In this document: one piece after another, positions 39,538 to 50,376 of the stretch
Numbering within the stretch: position 1 is the first letter of the stretch
Layout: every line of letters starts with the position of its first letter
Assembly: GCA_902579115.1 (NCBI GenBank)
Contig: CACHFP010000002.1
Coordinates: forward strand, 27,251-91,250
Length of the DNA stretch: 64,000 bases
Direction: 5' to 3'
DNA from: an uncultured Pelagibacteraceae bacterium
Lineage (GTDB): Bacteria > Pseudomonadota > Alphaproteobacteria > Pelagibacterales > Pelagibacteraceae
Notes under the pieces: generated by a model
What the model was told of the DNA's origin: nothing
What the model saw: only the letters and a program-made list of their open reading frames with translations
Databases searched by the model: none
Translations under genes and position numbers: made by a program

Positions 39538-41303
39538 TAAACTAAAACTTTCCCTTCGTCTGAAATTTCTTCCTCTTCCTCAGGTCCTAAGATCATTTGA
39601 TTATGTGGCTTACCTGATGGTATCATTGGAAAACAATTTTCAGCTTTGTCTACAACACAATCAAAAATTACTGGTCTATCAACACTAATCATTTCTTTAA
39701 TTTTTTCATCCAGTTCATTTGGTGTTTTAGCTCTTATACCAACACAACCATAAGACTCCGCTAGCTTTACAAAATCTGGTAATGCAGCTGTGTAGCTTTC
39801 AGAATAATTTTTTTCGTGCAAAAGTTCTTGCCACTGTCTAACCATTCCCATGTACTCGTTGTTTAAAATAAATATTTTTATAGGTAATCTATATTGTACA
39901 GCTGTAGACATTTCTTGCATTGTCATTAAAACAGATGCCTCTCCAGCAATATCAACAACTAGTTTTCCTGGATTTGCAATTTGAACTCCGATTGCTGCAG
40001 GCAGGCCATATCCCATCGTTCCAAGACCTCCAGAAGTCATCCATCTATTAGGTTTATTAAATTTGTAATGTTGAGCTGCCCACATTTGATGTTGACCCAC
40101 CTCAGTAGTTATAAATGTATCTTGATTTTTTGTTAGTTCATATAGTCTTTGAACTGCATGTTGAGGTTTAATAATCTTATCACTGCTGATAAAGTTAAGA
40201 GACTTTTTTTCTCTCCATTTTCCAATTTGTTCCCACCATTTAGATATTTTTTGCTTATTGGAATTTACAAAGTTTTTATTTTTTTCTTTGAATCTTTTAA
40301 TTAAAAATTTCAAAAGTATATTCACATCGCTAACAATTGCTAAATCAACTTTTATGTTCTTCCCAATTGAGGATGGGTCGATATCAACATGAATTTTTTT
40401 TGATCCTGGCGAAAATTCATCAACTTTACCTGTTATTCTATCATCAAACCGCGCACCTATATTAATCATCAAATCACAATCATGCATAGCATTATTAGCT
40501 TCATAAGTTCCATGCATGCCTAGCATCCCTAAAAATTGTGGGTCATCTCCTGGATATGCTCCAAGTCCCTGTAAAGTTGAAGTTATTGGAAATCCGGTTA
40601 ATGAAACTAACTCTCTTAAATATTTACTAGCTTCCGGTCCAGAATTTATAACTCCTCCACCTGTGTAAAAAATAGGTTTTGATGACTTTTTAATAAGATC
40701 AATAAATTTATCTAATTCTGAATTAGATATTTTGTGAGTAACTTTACCGTTAAGTTTTTTTTTAAGTGAATTTTTAAAAAATTTATATTTACCCTTTTTA
40801 AATTGAATATCTTTTGGAATATCAACTAGGACTGGTCCGGGTCTTCCTGTGGTTGCTACTTCGAAAGCTAAATGTAAAACTCTTGAGAGATCGTTTACAT
40901 CTTTAACTAACCAATTATGTTTAGTACATGGTCTAGTTATTCCAGTTGTGTCACATTCTTGAAAGGCGTCTGTTCCAATCAAATGAGTAGGAACTTGTCC
41001 TGAGATACAAACAAGAGGAATTGAGTCCATGTAAGCATCTGTGAGAGCAGTAACTGCATTAGTAGCTCCGGGTCCAGATGTTACTAATAAAACTCCTGCC
41101 TTACCGCTTGATCGTGCATAGCCTTCGGCTGAATGTCCCGCTCCTTGTTCGTGTCTAGCTAAAATATGTTTAATTGATTTGTGATTTTTTAACTCATCAT
41201 AAATCGGTAATACTGCGCCTCCAGGATAACCAAAAATATATTCTACTTTTTGATCCTCTAGTGCTTTAAATACAATCTCTGCTCCGCTCAATAATTTCGG
41301 CAT
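39537..41303 (-). CDS. ilvB: Acetolactate synthase large (catalytic) subunit, ThDP-dependent
   Basis: GYPGGAVLPIYD, SGPGATN and GGLGTMGYGLPAAIG (ThDP motif). Confidence 0.9.
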
Positions 41304-41340
41304 ACATACAATCTAGCCTAGAAATGAATTGCGTCAAGTT

Positions 41341-42258
41341 TTAGCTTACGACTTTTAATGATTTTTTTAAAAGATTTGAGAAATTTTTGGAATATAGCTT
41401 GTTCCAATTCTTCATATGGCCTCTAGCCCATGTATTTTGTCTTTTGGCGTATTGTCTAGTCTTTATATTAATAAGATCTTTGCACTGCTCAAACGATATT
41501 GATTTGTTTAAAAAATCATTAATTTCTTGTACACCGATTAATTTATTTGCCGATAAACTTTTATTCACCTTCAGATTGTTAAATTTTTTTACCTCATAAA
41601 TACATCTATTCTTAAACATTTGCTGGGTTCTCAAAGAAATTTTCTTTAACAAAACCTCTCTTGGGATGTCAATAAAAATTTTCCTTATTTCAAAATCTTT
41701 AAACTCAGATTTTGTGTTAGCAAACCAGTCAAATAATGATTTATTCGTTTTCAACTTTACTTCGTATGCTCTTTGTAATCTTTGTGCATCAGTTGGGAAT
41801 ATTCTTCCCTTTATTTTAGGATCAAGTTCAAGTAGCTGGTTATAAAATTTTTTACAACCAAGTTTTTGGTAAAGATTTCTTACTGTATTTCTTGTCTTTA
41901 AATCGATATCTGGAATTTTACTCATACCTTTAATAATTGTATTGAAATAAAGACCGGTGCCTCCCACAACTATTGGAATTTTTTTTCTTTTAATACAGCT
42001 ATCAATTTTTTTTTTCGCTTGTTTAAGCCAATCACCTGCTGAAAAATGTTTTTTTACAGAGATAAAGCCATAAAGGTGGTGTTTTACTTTTTTGGTTTGT
42101 ATTAAAGTTGGTCTAGAAGACAGAATGCTAAATTCTTTAAAAACTTGCATACTGTCTGCATTGATAATCTCACCATTCAATTTTTTTGCCAATTTAATTG
42201 CTAGAACTGATTTTCCTGAAGCTGTAGGACCTGCTAAGAGTAATAACTTTTTAGACAA
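41341..42258 (-). CDS. miaA: tRNA dimethylallyltransferase
   Basis: P-loop GPTASGKS, then DSMQV, GGTGLY and QYAKRQ.TW. Confidence 0.85.
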   Translation of the reverse strand: MSKKLLLLAGPTASGKSVLAIKLAKKLNGEIINADSMQVFKEFSILSSRPTLIQTKKVKHHLYGFISVKKHFSAGDWLKQAKKKIDSCIKRKKIPIVVGGTGLYFNTIIKGMSKIPDIDLKTRNTVRNLYQKLGCKKFYNQLLELDPKIKGRIFPTDAQRLQRAYEVKLKTNKSLFDWFANTKSEFKDFEIRKIFIDIPREVLLKKISLRTQQMFKNRCIYEVKKFNNLKVNKSLSANKLIGVQEINDFLNKSISFEQCKDLINIKTRQYAKRQNTWARGHMKNWNKLYSKNFSNLLKKSLKVVS

Positions 42259-42260
42259 TA

Positions 42261-43664
42261 CTAATTTATTTTAACGCCCAGGTAACGTCTTTGATTATTT
42301 TTGTTAATAACAGTTAAGAGTAATGTTTTCTCTCCTTTTTGAAAGAAATTATCGACTAATCTTTTTAAATCAGATGGTGACTTTACGGTAGTATTTTGGA
42401 CTTCAATTATAATATCATTTACACTCAAAAGATTAGTCAGCGGACTTCTATTAAAGATTTCTATTACAACAACTCCTGAAGTTTTTTTATTCAAATTTCT
42501 AGAAGATATATCCTCATTAGTGATTTCTCTAACAGCTATTTTTAATTTCTCAATATCCTCAACTTTTTTAACCACTTTGATTTTTTTTTCTTTAAATTCT
42601 TCAGACGACTCGAGTCTTCCTAAAATTAATCTTTTTGTAATTAATTTTTTGTTTCTCCAAATTTTTAATTCCACGCTTTTACCAACTTGAGTTGAGGCAA
42701 CAACTTTTGGCAGTGCTCTCATAGTATCAATTTTTTTTCCATCAAAATTCAAGATTATATCACCTGCTTTAATTCCAGCTTTATCAGCTGGACTGTTGTC
42801 TCCTACACTTGCTACTAAAGCGCCTTGGGGTTTCTTTAATTTTTTTACTTCAGCTATTTCTTTTGTCACTTCTTGAATTCTTACACCTAACCAGCCTCTT
42901 TTTGTTTCTCCAAATTTAATTAATTGATTAATAACATTTGAAGCTGCATTGGCAGGAATCGCAAATCCGATTCCTATAGAACCTGACTGACCTGGTGCAA
43001 TAATTGCAGTATTAATCCCAATTACCTCTCCCTTGAGATTGAACAAAGGCCCGCCAGAATTACCTTGGTTAATAGATGCATCTGTTTGGATGAAGTCGTC
43101 GTATCTTGTCAGATTAATATCTCTGTTCCTAGCTGAAATAATTCCAGCTGTTACTGTTCCACCTAAACCAAAAGGGTTTCCAATGGCAACTGCCCAATCT
43201 CCAACTCTTGCTTTAGCGGAGTCTCCAAAGCTCACTGGTTTAAATTGATCTTTAGTCTCCATTTTTAAAACTGCGATATCCATATAAGGATCAGCACCTA
43301 TTACTTTAGCTTTGTATTCTTTATCACCAACTCTTACTAAAATATCATCTGCTCCAGAAATTACATGGTTATTCGTAACAACTGTACCTTTTGTATCAAT
43401 TATAAACCCAGATCCTAAAGATGATGCTTTTCTCTCAGTTGGTCTTTCAAAATCTTTAAACATTTCACCAAAGGGTGATCCAGGAGGAAATTGAAAAGGA
43501 AATTGATTAGTAGTTGTTCTAACTGTTTGAGTTGTCGAAATATTGACAACTGAAGGCATTAATTGATCTGCTAAATCTGCGAAAGATTCGGGTACAGGTT
43601 TTGAATTTGCAAAAGAAAAATTTAAAATAATAAAAAGAATTAATGTTTTGTTTAGTAGTTTCAT
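42261..43664 (-). CDS. degP: Periplasmic serine endoprotease DegP/DegQ (HtrA family)
   Basis: Signal peptide, catalytic triad context (TNNHV, DIAVLK, GNSGGPL) and two PDZ regions. Confidence 0.85.
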   Translation of the reverse strand: MKLLNKTLILFIILNFSFANSKPVPESFADLADQLMPSVVNISTTQTVRTTTNQFPFQFPPGSPFGEMFKDFERPTERKASSLGSGFIIDTKGTVVTNNHVISGADDILVRVGDKEYKAKVIGADPYMDIAVLKMETKDQFKPVSFGDSAKARVGDWAVAIGNPFGLGGTVTAGIISARNRDINLTRYDDFIQTDASINQGNSGGPLFNLKGEVIGINTAIIAPGQSGSIGIGFAIPANAASNVINQLIKFGETKRGWLGVRIQEVTKEIAEVKKLKKPQGALVASVGDNSPADKAGIKAGDIILNFDGKKIDTMRALPKVVASTQVGKSVELKIWRNKKLITKRLILGRLESSEEFKEKKIKVVKKVEDIEKLKIAVREITNEDISSRNLNKKTSGVVVIEIFNRSPLTNLLSVNDIIIEVQNTTVKSPSDLKRLVDNFFQKGEKTLLLTVINKNNQRRYLGVKIN

Positions 43665-43850
43665 TTAACTTTTTATATACCAAATTATTAAAAAACCGAT
43701 AATTAAAAATATTACACCTAAAAACCTTAGCTTATTTTCAGGAGTATTCTTAATAAGTTCAAATATGCTTTTAATTCTTGACGGGAAAATGGCTAAAAAC
43801 AGACCCTCTACAAAAAAAATTAGGCCAATTGCAATGATAAACTCTTTCAC
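43665..43850 (-). CDS. DUF2065-like small membrane protein
   Basis: 61 aa with 2 TM segments. It occupies the conserved position downstream of hflKC. Confidence 0.5.
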   Translation of the reverse strand: MKEFIIAIGLIFFVEGLFLAIFPSRIKSIFELIKNTPENKLRFLGVIFLIIGFLIIWYIKS

Positions 43851-43865
43851 ATTTTTAAATTATAG

Positions 43866-44741
43866 TTATTTTTTAATATTTGGCTTAATTGATTTACCAA
43901 AAAACTTAAAGAAATCGCTGTCTGGCGATAAAACTAGGGATGTTTCTCCTCCTATTAATGCTTTCTCATATGCTTGCATAGCTCTATAAAAGGCAAAAAA
44001 TTGCGGGTCCCTACCAAAAGCATCGGCAAATATTTTATTTCTAAGACCGTCTCCCTCTCCCTTCATTATCTCAGACTTTTTATTAGCTTGTGCCAATATT
44101 ACAGTTACATCTTTATCCGCTGTAGATCTAATTTTTTGTGCAATCTCTGCTCCTTGTGCTCTAAATTCTTTTGCTTCTCTTTCCCTTTCGGTCTGCATTC
44201 GTTTATAAATTGCTTCACTGTTCGCAGGTGGTAAGTCAGCTCTTTTAATTCTTACATCTACAATATTTATCCCAAAATTTTTTGCCTCTTCATTAACTTG
44301 TGACTGTATAATTTGCATTTGTCTTGCTCTATCAGTTGATAATAAAGTTGCTAATTCTTGCGTACCTAACACACCTCTAATCCTAGAATTTATTATCGTA
44401 GATAATCTTGATCTTGCGACTCTCTCATTTCCAACTGAGATATAAAATTTCAACGGATCTACAATTTTAAATCTTGCAAAGGCATCAACAATTAATCTTT
44501 TTTGGTCAGCTGCAATTACTTCTTCCGGATCATTATCTAAGTTTAAAATTCTTTTATCTAAGTAGACTACGTTCTGAATAAAAGGTAATTTAAAATTTAA
44601 TCCAGCTTTTGTAACAATTTTCTTTGGATCACCAAATTGCAGGACTATTGCTTGGCTAATTTCTTGTACAATAAATAATGATTGAAATATCACTACTCCA
44701 ATCAATAATAATGCTGGAACTATAAACTTAATTCCTCTCAT
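43866..44741 (-). CDS. hflC: Protease modulator HflC (SPFH domain)
   Basis: N-terminal TM segment plus an SPFH/band-7 domain. The start abuts the hflK stop. Confidence 0.85.
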   Translation of the reverse strand: MRGIKFIVPALLLIGVVIFQSLFIVQEISQAIVLQFGDPKKIVTKAGLNFKLPFIQNVVYLDKRILNLDNDPEEVIAADQKRLIVDAFARFKIVDPLKFYISVGNERVARSRLSTIINSRIRGVLGTQELATLLSTDRARQMQIIQSQVNEEAKNFGINIVDVRIKRADLPPANSEAIYKRMQTEREREAKEFRAQGAEIAQKIRSTADKDVTVILAQANKKSEIMKGEGDGLRNKIFADAFGRDPQFFAFYRAMQAYEKALIGGETSLVLSPDSDFFKFFGKSIKPNIKK

Positions 44742-45856
44742 TAATTGTTACTCCCTTTTTTTAATTCTGGTAAAGGTAAATAAGGAACCACTCCTGAACC
44801 TGACTCTTTATCGATAATTACTTTATCAATATCAGCTAAAACTTTTTCCATTGTTTCCAGATACATTCTTTCTTGTGTAACCTGTTTCGCATTTTTGTAC
44901 TCGTTGTAAATTGCTAAAAATCTACTGGCTTCACCCTCAGCTTTTGCAACTACCTCTTTTTTATAAGCTTCTGCTTGTTGTAAAACTTGCTCTGCTTCTC
45001 CTCGTGCTCTTGGGATAACATCGTTAGCATAAGCCTCTGCTTCATTTTTAGATCTCTCCCTATCTGCTCTAGCAGCCTGTACATCTCTAAACGCATCTAT
45101 AACTTGCTCAGGTGGGTCTGCTTGTTGTGTCTGAACTTGAGTTAATTGTATACCTGAACCATATTCATCTAAAATTAATTGGGCTATCTCCTGAACTTCT
45201 ACCTCTATTTTCGATCTACCCTCAGTTAAAATATTTTGAATTTTATTTTTCGCAATTACTTCTCTCATTGCAGTCTCTGATGCTGCTTTTACTGTCTCAA
45301 CTGGGCTTTGAATATTAAATAAAAATTTTTGAGCATCTTTAATTACCCAAAAAACTGAGTAATTAATATCCACAATATTTTCGTCCCCCGTTAACATTAA
45401 GCTTTCTTCGGGAACATTGCCGACACCAGATGATCTACCAGTATCGCTAGCTGGTCTAAAACCAACATCAACTCTGTTAACTTTTGTTACTTTAGGTGTA
45501 AGCACTCTTTCAAATGGAGTTGGGAAATGGTAGTGCAATCCAGGTTGAGTAGTATTTACATACTTACCAAATCTTAAAACTACTCCTTGTTCATCAGGTA
45601 AAACTCTATAAAGACCACTTGCTATATAAAGTAATGCTATTATGATTAATCCTATAATTATTGGTCTTGAACCACCTGATTTACCTCCAGAAAATTTATT
45701 AATAGTTTTTTGAAAATTTTTTATTAAATCATCTAAACTTGGTGGGTCTTGTCTAGATCCAGATCCGTTACCACCTGGTGATCCTTGCCCTCCACCACCA
45801 CCTGATGGTGATCCCCAAGGCGATTGGTTGTTTAAAATCTTATCTTTAAAGCTCAT
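44741..45856 (-). CDS. hflK: Protease modulator HflK (SPFH domain)
   Basis: Gly-rich N-terminus, a TM segment, an SPFH domain and a coiled C-terminus. It is paired with hflC. Confidence 0.85.
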   Translation of the reverse strand: MSFKDKILNNQSPWGSPSGGGGGQGSPGGNGSGSRQDPPSLDDLIKNFQKTINKFSGGKSGGSRPIIIGLIIIALLYIASGLYRVLPDEQGVVLRFGKYVNTTQPGLHYHFPTPFERVLTPKVTKVNRVDVGFRPASDTGRSSGVGNVPEESLMLTGDENIVDINYSVFWVIKDAQKFLFNIQSPVETVKAASETAMREVIAKNKIQNILTEGRSKIEVEVQEIAQLILDEYGSGIQLTQVQTQQADPPEQVIDAFRDVQAARADRERSKNEAEAYANDVIPRARGEAEQVLQQAEAYKKEVVAKAEGEASRFLAIYNEYKNAKQVTQERMYLETMEKVLADIDKVIIDKESGSGVVPYLPLPELKKGSNN

Positions 45857-45939
45857 GACACTTTATATAGTGACTTTTATCTTAAAAACAAGTTAAGAAG
45901 GAGCGCTATAATGTCTAAAACTTTTAATATAATTGTTAC

Positions 45940-46734
45940 ATGAGCCAAAAACTGCCTCCTAAACAATTCGTAAAAACTCCAATAAAAGGAACTAAGTTTA
46001 CAATCCTAATTTCAAGCGCAAAAGGCGGAGTTGGAAAATCCACTGTTGCAGTAAATCTCGCTTTTGCACTTCAAAATCTTGGATTAAAAATTGGGATACT
46101 CGATGCTGATGTTTATGGACCGTCTCTACCAAAATTACTGGGTCTAAATACAAAACCAAAATCTGAAGATGGTAAGGCTTTAATTCCTGTAGAAAAATTC
46201 AATGCTCAATGTATGTCAATGGGCTTATTAGTGGATGAAAAAACTCCTATGATTTGGAGAGGTCCTATGGTCATAAGTGCCTTAAGGACTATGACACAAA
46301 AAGTTTTATGGAGGGATAGAGATATTATAATAATAGATATGCCTCCTGGAACAGGTGATACGCAATTAACTTTCGCACAAGAAATTAAAATTGATGGAGC
46401 TATAATCATCTCTACTCCGCAGGATCTTGCATTACTTGATGTAAAAAGGGGGATACAGATGTTTAATAAAACAGGGGTAAGTATCTTAGGCTTAATAGAA
46501 AATATGAGTTTTTTTAAAGGTAATGATGGAAAAGTATATAAAATTTTTGGTGAGGGTGGTGTAAAAAAAACAGCTGAGGAATTCAATAAAGAATTTTTGG
46601 GTTACCTGCCGTTACATGAGGATTTAGGAAAATCAGTTGATGATGGAATACCTCTTACTTACTCAAGTCCTAAACATGAGGTATCAAAACTATTTACTGA
46701 TATAGCAAAAAAAATTAAAATCAAATTAAAATAG
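45940..46734 (+). CDS. apbC: Fe-S cluster carrier ATPase Mrp/ApbC (NBP35 family)
   Basis: Deviant Walker A SAKGGVGKST and the DMPPGTGD motif. Confidence 0.85.
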   Translation: MSQKLPPKQFVKTPIKGTKFTILISSAKGGVGKSTVAVNLAFALQNLGLKIGILDADVYGPSLPKLLGLNTKPKSEDGKALIPVEKFNAQCMSMGLLVDEKTPMIWRGPMVISALRTMTQKVLWRDRDIIIIDMPPGTGDTQLTFAQEIKIDGAIIISTPQDLALLDVKRGIQMFNKTGVSILGLIENMSFFKGNDGKVYKIFGEGGVKKTAEEFNKEFLGYLPLHEDLGKSVDDGIPLTYSSPKHEVSKLFTDIAKKIKIKLK

Positions 46735-46739
46735 ATAAA

Positions 46740-48314
46740 ATGTCTCTAGAAAAAAAAAACTTTCAAATTTTTTTTAAATATCATTTTTTTTTTCTTTTTA
46801 TTTTTGTTGGATATATAATTTCATACTTTCTTTTCGGTAGTTTCACTTTATTTTATTTAGATCGATTAGATAATGAGGTTGTTTATAATCATATATTAGG
46901 AAATTTTTACAAAGGAGATTATGAGTCTGCGAAAATTTTTCTAAATGGAGAAACAAAAATATATTGGTTAAGAAGACTTCTTCAACCTTATTCATTGCTT
47001 TATATTTTTAATACTGAATTTGCTTACTGGTTTTTTGATATTTTTACAAAAATTATTTCATATTTTTGTTTTTATATTCTTGCGAAAAAAATAACAAAAA
47101 ATTATTTGATTTCTTCTTTAAGTGCATGTTTTTTTGCATCGCTAAATGTTTATTCGGTTTGGGGGTTGCTGATTTCAACTTTTCCATATTTTGTTTACTT
47201 AATTTTATTTAAAAATGAATTAAAACTAAAACATTATGTAATTACTATACTTATAGCTTTAAATTCTGAAATTGTTCATTCTCCATTTTTTTTTATATTT
47301 TTGATTATTTTTTTGTTTGCTTTTAATCTAATTAAAAAAGATAATATAAAAAATTTAATTTTAATCTCGATTACCTTTTATTTTTTTATAATAATTTCTA
47401 ATTCAAATATTTTATATGCTGTAATATTTGACGGACCTTTCCATAGAGAAGAAATTATAAGATTAGGTGATAGCTTTGATTTAAAACAAAAATTATTTAG
47501 CATATTTTATCTTAATTCATTTTTAAGGGAAAAATTTTTTACTTATGAGTTAGCAAAAGAGATACCGTATATAATTTATACAGTTATTTTCTTTCCACTT
47601 ATCCTATTTTCAAAAAGTAAAAAGCTAATAAAATTATCTTTAATATGCTTTATTTTATGGATATTTGTGTCCTTTATTAAAAGTTATGATTTTTATATAA
47701 ATAAATATTGGAACCCTGGTTACTACTTCATTTTCACAATTTTTATTTATTCATTTATACTTTTAAAAGTTGTAAACAATTTTAAAAAGCTAGTACCAAT
47801 AAGTGCAATTATAATTATTTTATTTCAGTTAAATCCAAATTTTGTTCCGTTTGCAAAAAAATATGTAGAACCATTTAAAGTGGAAAACTTTAGGAATTAT
47901 TATACTTTTGAGGGTTATTATCAAAAAAATACTTATTCCAAAATTAAGAATATTGTGAAAGATAAAAAAGTTATTTCTCTTTGGCCGGTTGATCCAATGG
48001 TGGCGGTGATGAATAATATTCAAACACTTGATGGCGAACATAATTTATATCCATTAAGCTACAAAAAAAGATTTTATAAAATTATTGAGGATGAACTTGA
48101 AGCTAATTCACAGTTTAAAGATTACTATCTTAATTGGGGTCATAGAGTTTATGCATTTGTTTCTGATCCAAACAATGTAAGAATTGATTTTAAAGAAGCA
48201 AAAAAACAGGGTGCAAGTTTTGTAATATCAAAATTTAAAGTTGAAAATAATTTTTTGATGAAAATTGTTGAAATTAAAGATAAAGAAAATTTGTTCTTAT
48301 ACAAAATAAATTAA
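46740..48314 (+). CDS. Large polytopic membrane protein, function unknown (possibly a GT-C-like glycosyltransferase)
   Basis: 524 aa with about 10 N-terminal TM segments and a soluble C-terminal domain. It is convergent with a GT2 gene. I recognised no family motif. Confidence 0.35.
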   Translation: MSLEKKNFQIFFKYHFFFLFIFVGYIISYFLFGSFTLFYLDRLDNEVVYNHILGNFYKGDYESAKIFLNGETKIYWLRRLLQPYSLLYIFNTEFAYWFFDIFTKIISYFCFYILAKKITKNYLISSLSACFFASLNVYSVWGLLISTFPYFVYLILFKNELKLKHYVITILIALNSEIVHSPFFFIFLIIFLFAFNLIKKDNIKNLILISITFYFFIIISNSNILYAVIFDGPFHREEIIRLGDSFDLKQKLFSIFYLNSFLREKFFTYELAKEIPYIIYTVIFFPLILFSKSKKLIKLSLICFILWIFVSFIKSYDFYINKYWNPGYYFIFTIFIYSFILLKVVNNFKKLVPISAIIIILFQLNPNFVPFAKKYVEPFKVENFRNYYTFEGYYQKNTYSKIKNIVKDKKVISLWPVDPMVAVMNNIQTLDGEHNLYPLSYKKRFYKIIEDELEANSQFKDYYLNWGHRVYAFVSDPNNVRIDFKEAKKQGASFVISKFKVENNFLMKIVEIKDKENLFLYKIN

Positions 48315-49012
48315 ATTATTCTGTTTTTTATCATTTGGAAAATTATTGAAAAAATATGGTAAAATCTAATTTTTTTTCCTTCTTTAATTGTTCGTCCATT
48401 GTAATTTACTGGTACCTCAAAAAACTTATTTCCGTTCTTTACAATTTTACATAAAATCTCCGCATGTTGTTCGAAACCTTTAGTTTGTAAATCATCTGGT
48501 TTGACTAGATCTCTTTTAAAAAAGATGTAACAACAATATATATCTGTAAAGGTAGTGTTGTAAGTTAAATTAAATAGTAAGGTAATTATACTATTTCCTA
48601 TTTTATTTAAAAAATTGTGCGATCTAGTGTATTTGTCATAGATAAACCTGCTGCCTATTACGAGATCTGCACTAAATTTTTCAGCGCAGTCGATAAATTT
48701 TATATAGTCATTTGGATCATATTCTTCGTCAGCATCTTGAATTAAGACATAGTCACCTTTTGCAACTTCTAGTCCTTTCTTTATACAAAAACCTTTGCCA
48801 CTATTATTAGGATTTTTTATTAATTTTGAATAAAGATCCGAATTTGTCTCCAAAATTTCATTGGTTTTATCATAAGATTTGTCATCTATTACTATTATCT
48901 CTTTTTTTATACTATGATAATTTCTCCAAATATCTAAATCGTTGACTTTTTTTAAAATATTTTTAATGGTCTTTTCTTCATTAAATACTGGAATTAATAT
49001 TGATATTAACAT
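48311..49012 (-). CDS. Family 2 glycosyltransferase (polyprenyl-phosphate sugar synthase-like)
   Basis: ISILIPVFNEE start, DDKSYD and QDADEEYDP (DxD) motifs. Confidence 0.7.
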   Translation of the reverse strand: MLISILIPVFNEEKTIKNILKKVNDLDIWRNYHSIKKEIIVIDDKSYDKTNEILETNSDLYSKLIKNPNNSGKGFCIKKGLEVAKGDYVLIQDADEEYDPNDYIKFIDCAEKFSADLVIGSRFIYDKYTRSHNFLNKIGNSIITLLFNLTYNTTFTDIYCCYIFFKRDLVKPDDLQTKGFEQHAEILCKIVKNGNKFFEVPVNYNGRTIKEGKKIRFYHIFSIIFQMIKNRII

Positions 49013-49027
49013 TAATAATTTATTATA

Positions 49028-49975
49028 TTAAAGGATCTTATCACTAAATCCAAATGAAGTCATAAGTTCATTCCACTCTCTTTTTGATAATCCTGAGCTT
49101 TCAGGAGATACTTTTTGCCCTTTAATCATTTCTTGAATTACTTTTTTTCCCTTGGCTGATACATGAACAGCTCCAACTCTGTAATCTAAAAAAGCAGCGT
49201 GAGTAATGGGAACCCATTTTTTTACTGTTTCAAGCATAATTTCTGCATAAACTCGTATTTCATATTGTGCATGACTGTCTGCTCTAAGAAACAAAAAGTT
49301 CAATAAATTTAAAAGATCTGTTTTCCAATACCATTGGGTATAAGAATTTAAGGTCAAATTCATTCTAGCAAGTTCCCTCGCCAAACCAATTTTACTATCG
49401 TCAATGGTAGAACCATCATATCTTTCGTTAAGCATTTTTTCATAATTATCATAAGTTCTGGTGGCATCGTCTTTTAAAATTTTTAACACTTCTTCGGCTT
49501 GATCGCCGGTAATTAAATCTCCCCGTCCTTGACGATTAGAAGTTGATTGAGCTGATAATTGATCTTTCGACGGTATATAAAATTCTTTATCTAATATTGA
49601 ATATCTTGCTGAATATTCGTTTACATTTGCAGTTCTATGTCTAATCCACTGTCTTGCGATAAAGATTGGTAATTTAACATGATACTTTATTTCGCACATT
49701 TCAAACGGTGTTGAGTGCCAATGTCTCATTAAATATTTAATTAATCCCTCATCTGTAGAAACTTTCTTAGTTCCTTTTCCATACGAAACTCTTGCAGATT
49801 GAACTATCGAACTATCGTCTCCCATATAATCTACCACTCTTACAAAACCATGATCTAAAACTGGTAATGCTTCGTAAAGAATTCTCTCTAATTCAGGAGA
49901 AGTAACCCTTTTAGTTTGGTTTTTTTGAGCTTGTTGATCTGCAATTTCTTGCTTTTGTTCTTTAGTAAGTTTCAT
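49028..49975 (-). CDS. thyX: FAD-dependent thymidylate synthase ThyX
   Basis: ThyX signature [14 protein letters not shown]. Confidence 0.9.
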   Translation of the reverse strand: MKLTKEQKQEIADQQAQKNQTKRVTSPELERILYEALPVLDHGFVRVVDYMGDDSSIVQSARVSYGKGTKKVSTDEGLIKYLMRHWHSTPFEMCEIKYHVKLPIFIARQWIRHRTANVNEYSARYSILDKEFYIPSKDQLSAQSTSNRQGRGDLITGDQAEEVLKILKDDATRTYDNYEKMLNERYDGSTIDDSKIGLARELARMNLTLNSYTQWYWKTDLLNLLNFLFLRADSHAQYEIRVYAEIMLETVKKWVPITHAAFLDYRVGAVHVSAKGKKVIQEMIKGQKVSPESSGLSKREWNELMTSFGFSDKIL

Positions 49976-49988
49976 TTTGATTTATTTA

Positions 49989-50016
49989 TTGAATCTCTTA
50001 AAAAGAGTTTTATATT
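49989..50016 (+). promoter_or_regulatory. Candidate ssrA promoter
   Basis: TTGAAT (49989-49994), a 16-nt spacer, then TATATT (50011-50016). This would place the transcription start near 50022. Confidence 0.3.
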
Positions 50017-50020
50017 AATA

Positions 50021-50300
50021 GTGTTGGTTTTCCAACTATGACGATAAACGAATTTCGTAATAAACATCACGGACGTGGGGGCAGTACCCACCACCTCCAC
50101 CATTTACAACTTACGGGGGTGAATCAGGATCGACGGGTGTCTAAAGGCTGTTCTTTCGTACGAGATGGTTCCGACGTAACGGGCTAATTTATAAATGCAA
50201 ATCAAAAATTTGCACTTGCAGCTTAATTAACTAGTTTAATTAAGTTACGGGGTCCGGGGCACCTGGCAACAGAACGCCCCTGCGTATTGGCATTAACACT
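50021..50300 (+). ncRNA. ssrA: tmRNA gene, circularly permuted two-piece form (acceptor piece, then short spacer, then coding piece)
   Basis: The acceptor piece has the T-arm GTGGG/ggcagta/CCCAC and ends CACCTCCACCA at 50102. The coding piece starts GGGGGTGAATCAGGATCGACGGG at 50115. GGGGGTG pairs with CACCTCC and includes the G3-U identity pair. The tag ORF GCA AAT CAA AAA TTT GCA CTT GCA GCT TAA (50197-50226) encodes ANQKFALAA. The outer ends are uncertain. Confidence 0.8.
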
Positions 50301-50318
50301 TATTAATTCACAACTTTT
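50258..50318 (+). repeat. Repeat copy A: ssrA 3' end core plus right arm
   Basis: The 61 nt GGCACCTGGCAACAGAACGCCCCTGCGTATTGGCATTAACACTTATTAATTCACAACTTTT recur at 51732-51792 with 2 mismatches. It is followed by GATCACA twice at an 11-nt period (50327, 50338). Confidence 0.8.
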
Positions 50319-50376
50319 ATTAATTAGATCACAATAGGATCACACTGGAGAAAGACAAAATTAGTGAGCGGGGGAG

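Noticed and set aside
50224-50246. 9-bp hairpin CTTAATTAA-ctagt-TTAATTAAG, considered as a terminator.
   Set aside because: It encloses the tag stop codon inside the tmRNA coding piece, which is the usual helix following the tag reading frame. It has no T-tract.
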